Shown: positions 62,092-64,000 of the stretch, in pieces
Position numbering within the stretch: the first letter of the stretch is position 1
How the letters are laid out: the number at the start of each line of letters is the position of its first letter
Source of the DNA: Octopus sinensis
Taxonomy: Eukaryota
Length of the DNA: 64,000 bases
Direction of reading: 5' to 3'
Assembly: GCF_006345805.1 (NCBI RefSeq)
Contig: NC_042998.1
Location: forward strand, 53,382,001-53,446,000
Notes under the pieces: model-generated
Database searches by the model: none
Told to the model about the DNA's origin: nothing
Seen by the model: only the letters and a program-made list of their open reading frames with translations
Translations under genes and position numbers: made by a program

Positions 62092-64000
62092 TATAAATAT
62101 ATATATATATATATATAGTCAACAGGTGAGATTCAGAGATGCTCAGTGTAGAAAACATGTAGTAGTGCTTAAATGATTTGGACTTACACTTTGAAGTCTT
62201 AATCAAGGAATAAGTCTGTGGGATAAAGAGTAGGTATAAGAGGAATCCAGGTGAGCTCATATGGAGATAGTGTTGCAAATAAACATGCTTGAGGTTGATG
62301 TATAAAATGTACATACATGCATATGTACATGTAGATTTAATATATAGGGATATGTGTATGTGCATGTATGTATATTTTATATAGCAAGCCCAAGTGTGTT
62401 TATTTGCATCACTATCCCCCTCTCTCCATACATATACACACACATACACACACAAATATATATATATACACACATATATACATACCCATATATGTATTTA
62501 TATGCACACACATTTATATACACACATACACACACACATATATTCACATATATATATACATTTATAGAATATGGTATCATACACACATAGACATGTATTT
62601 ACATACGTGTGTATGTGTGTGTGTGTGCATACATGGATCTGTGTGTATGTGTGATGAATAAACCCAGCATTCTGTTGTTAGCATTAACTTCATAGTTACA
62701 GCTATCAATAAATTATCTATTTCAAGCTAATTTACCTGAGGCAAATCTAGTCTAAAGCAAAACTCAAAATTCTCTTCGTATATATATCCTCTAATGTTTA
62801 ATGTTCCATTAAGTGTAAAATATTAAGGAGAGTAGTTTTTTCTCAAGAGAAAAAATACATATGCACTGGATTTTTAAATTACATATAGGCCTATAAAAGT
62901 ATGAACATGATATTTATATGTGTTTATATGTGTGTGTGAGTGTGTGTTTCTACACATATGCATATAAACATGGATGCGCACACATACATATGAGGGAGTG
63001 CTGAAAAGTTCCTAACTTTAAGGGTATCACAAAAAGCCTAGCTAGAGGCTCAACCTTCCGAGTTCTACGAGGCTTAAAAAAATTAAATAACCACTGAAAT
63101 AAGTGTGAATCTGAGAAGGGAATATGTTGAATAAAATCATGATTAACTGATCCTACTGTATTTTCTTTTACCAAAAGCCAGGAACTTTTCAACACCCTCT
63201 CATATACATATTCATTTTTTCTCTTTTATTCTTTCACTTGTTTCAGTTATTTGACTGCAGCCATGCTGGAGCACCATCTTTAGTCAAACAAATTGACTCC
63301 AGGACTTATTCTTTGTAAGCCTTGTACTTATTCTATCAGTCTCTTTTATGCCAAATCACTAAGTTACAGGGACATAAGCACACCAACATCGGTCATCAAG
63401 CGATGGTTGGGGGACAAACACAGACACAAATACATACACATATATATAGCCCAAGGCTATAGTAGAAGAAACTTGCCTAAGAAGCCACATAGTGGGACTG
63501 AACCTCGAGCCGTGCAGTTGGGAAGCAAGCTTTTTACCACACAGCCACTCCTGCAAGGGGGTACTGAAATGTTTTTGGTTTTAAGGGTATTGTGAAAGGT
63601 CTGGCTGGAGGCCCAACCTTCCAAGTTCTTTTACAGGGTTTAGAAAAACTGGAGGACCACTGCAATAAGCGTGTGAACCTGAGAGAGGAATATGTTGAAT
63701 AAAACCATAATGAACTGATCCTCATGTATTTTCTTTTATCTGACACCAGAAACGTTTTAGCACCCACTCCTATATATATGCTTATATATATATACATACA
63801 CATATATATATTTTGTTACATCATATTTATGTAGAAGCTTTGTAGGATGCTGTTTAAAGCTCATCCACATCAACAGTTGAAATGCACATGGTACTTGATT
63901 TACCTGAGGAATTCCTTGGTGTCCATAGAGTTTATAGAGACAAAGCGGAGACAGAAAACGTAATTCAAGAGATTCTTTATTCAAATCCACTTCAATTATT

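Overview
AT-rich (TA/CA/TAA-microsatellite-laden) eukaryotic DNA made almost entirely of transposon-derived sequence. The repeat repertoire (RTE/RTEX-type LINEs with (GAT)n tails, three abundant tRNA-like SINE families, mariner/maT/Tc1/hAT debris) resembles an octopod cephalopod genome; this is pattern recognition, not a database result. No host protein-coding exon could be confidently identified, so the window is probably intergenic or one large intron. The main feature is a near-full-length RTE/RTEX-like LINE (~25.25-29.33 kb) encoding APE endonuclease, RT (YADD) and a C4HC3 PHD-like finger, interrupted only by a 2-nt deletion; at least nine truncated relatives are scattered through the window. 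Also present: R4/Dong-type RLE LINE fragments in TAA arrays, a CR1 3' end, an RTE RT fragment, non-autonomous Helitrons, TTAA (piggyBac-type) and TA (mariner-type) MITEs, and two tRNA pseudogenes (Asn, Asp). The most notable observations are a core-complete type I hammerhead ribozyme motif (minus strand, 20012-20064) at the end of a Penelope-like remnant plus a second near-complete one in an inverted repeat, two long fold-back palindromes with matching ~35-nt spacers, an inverted duplication of an already dead hAT remnant that exposes an empty SINE site, and a possible in-frame intron in the LINE 5' region. All coordinates were read by eye and may be off by a few bases; SINE family letters A/B/C are my own labels.
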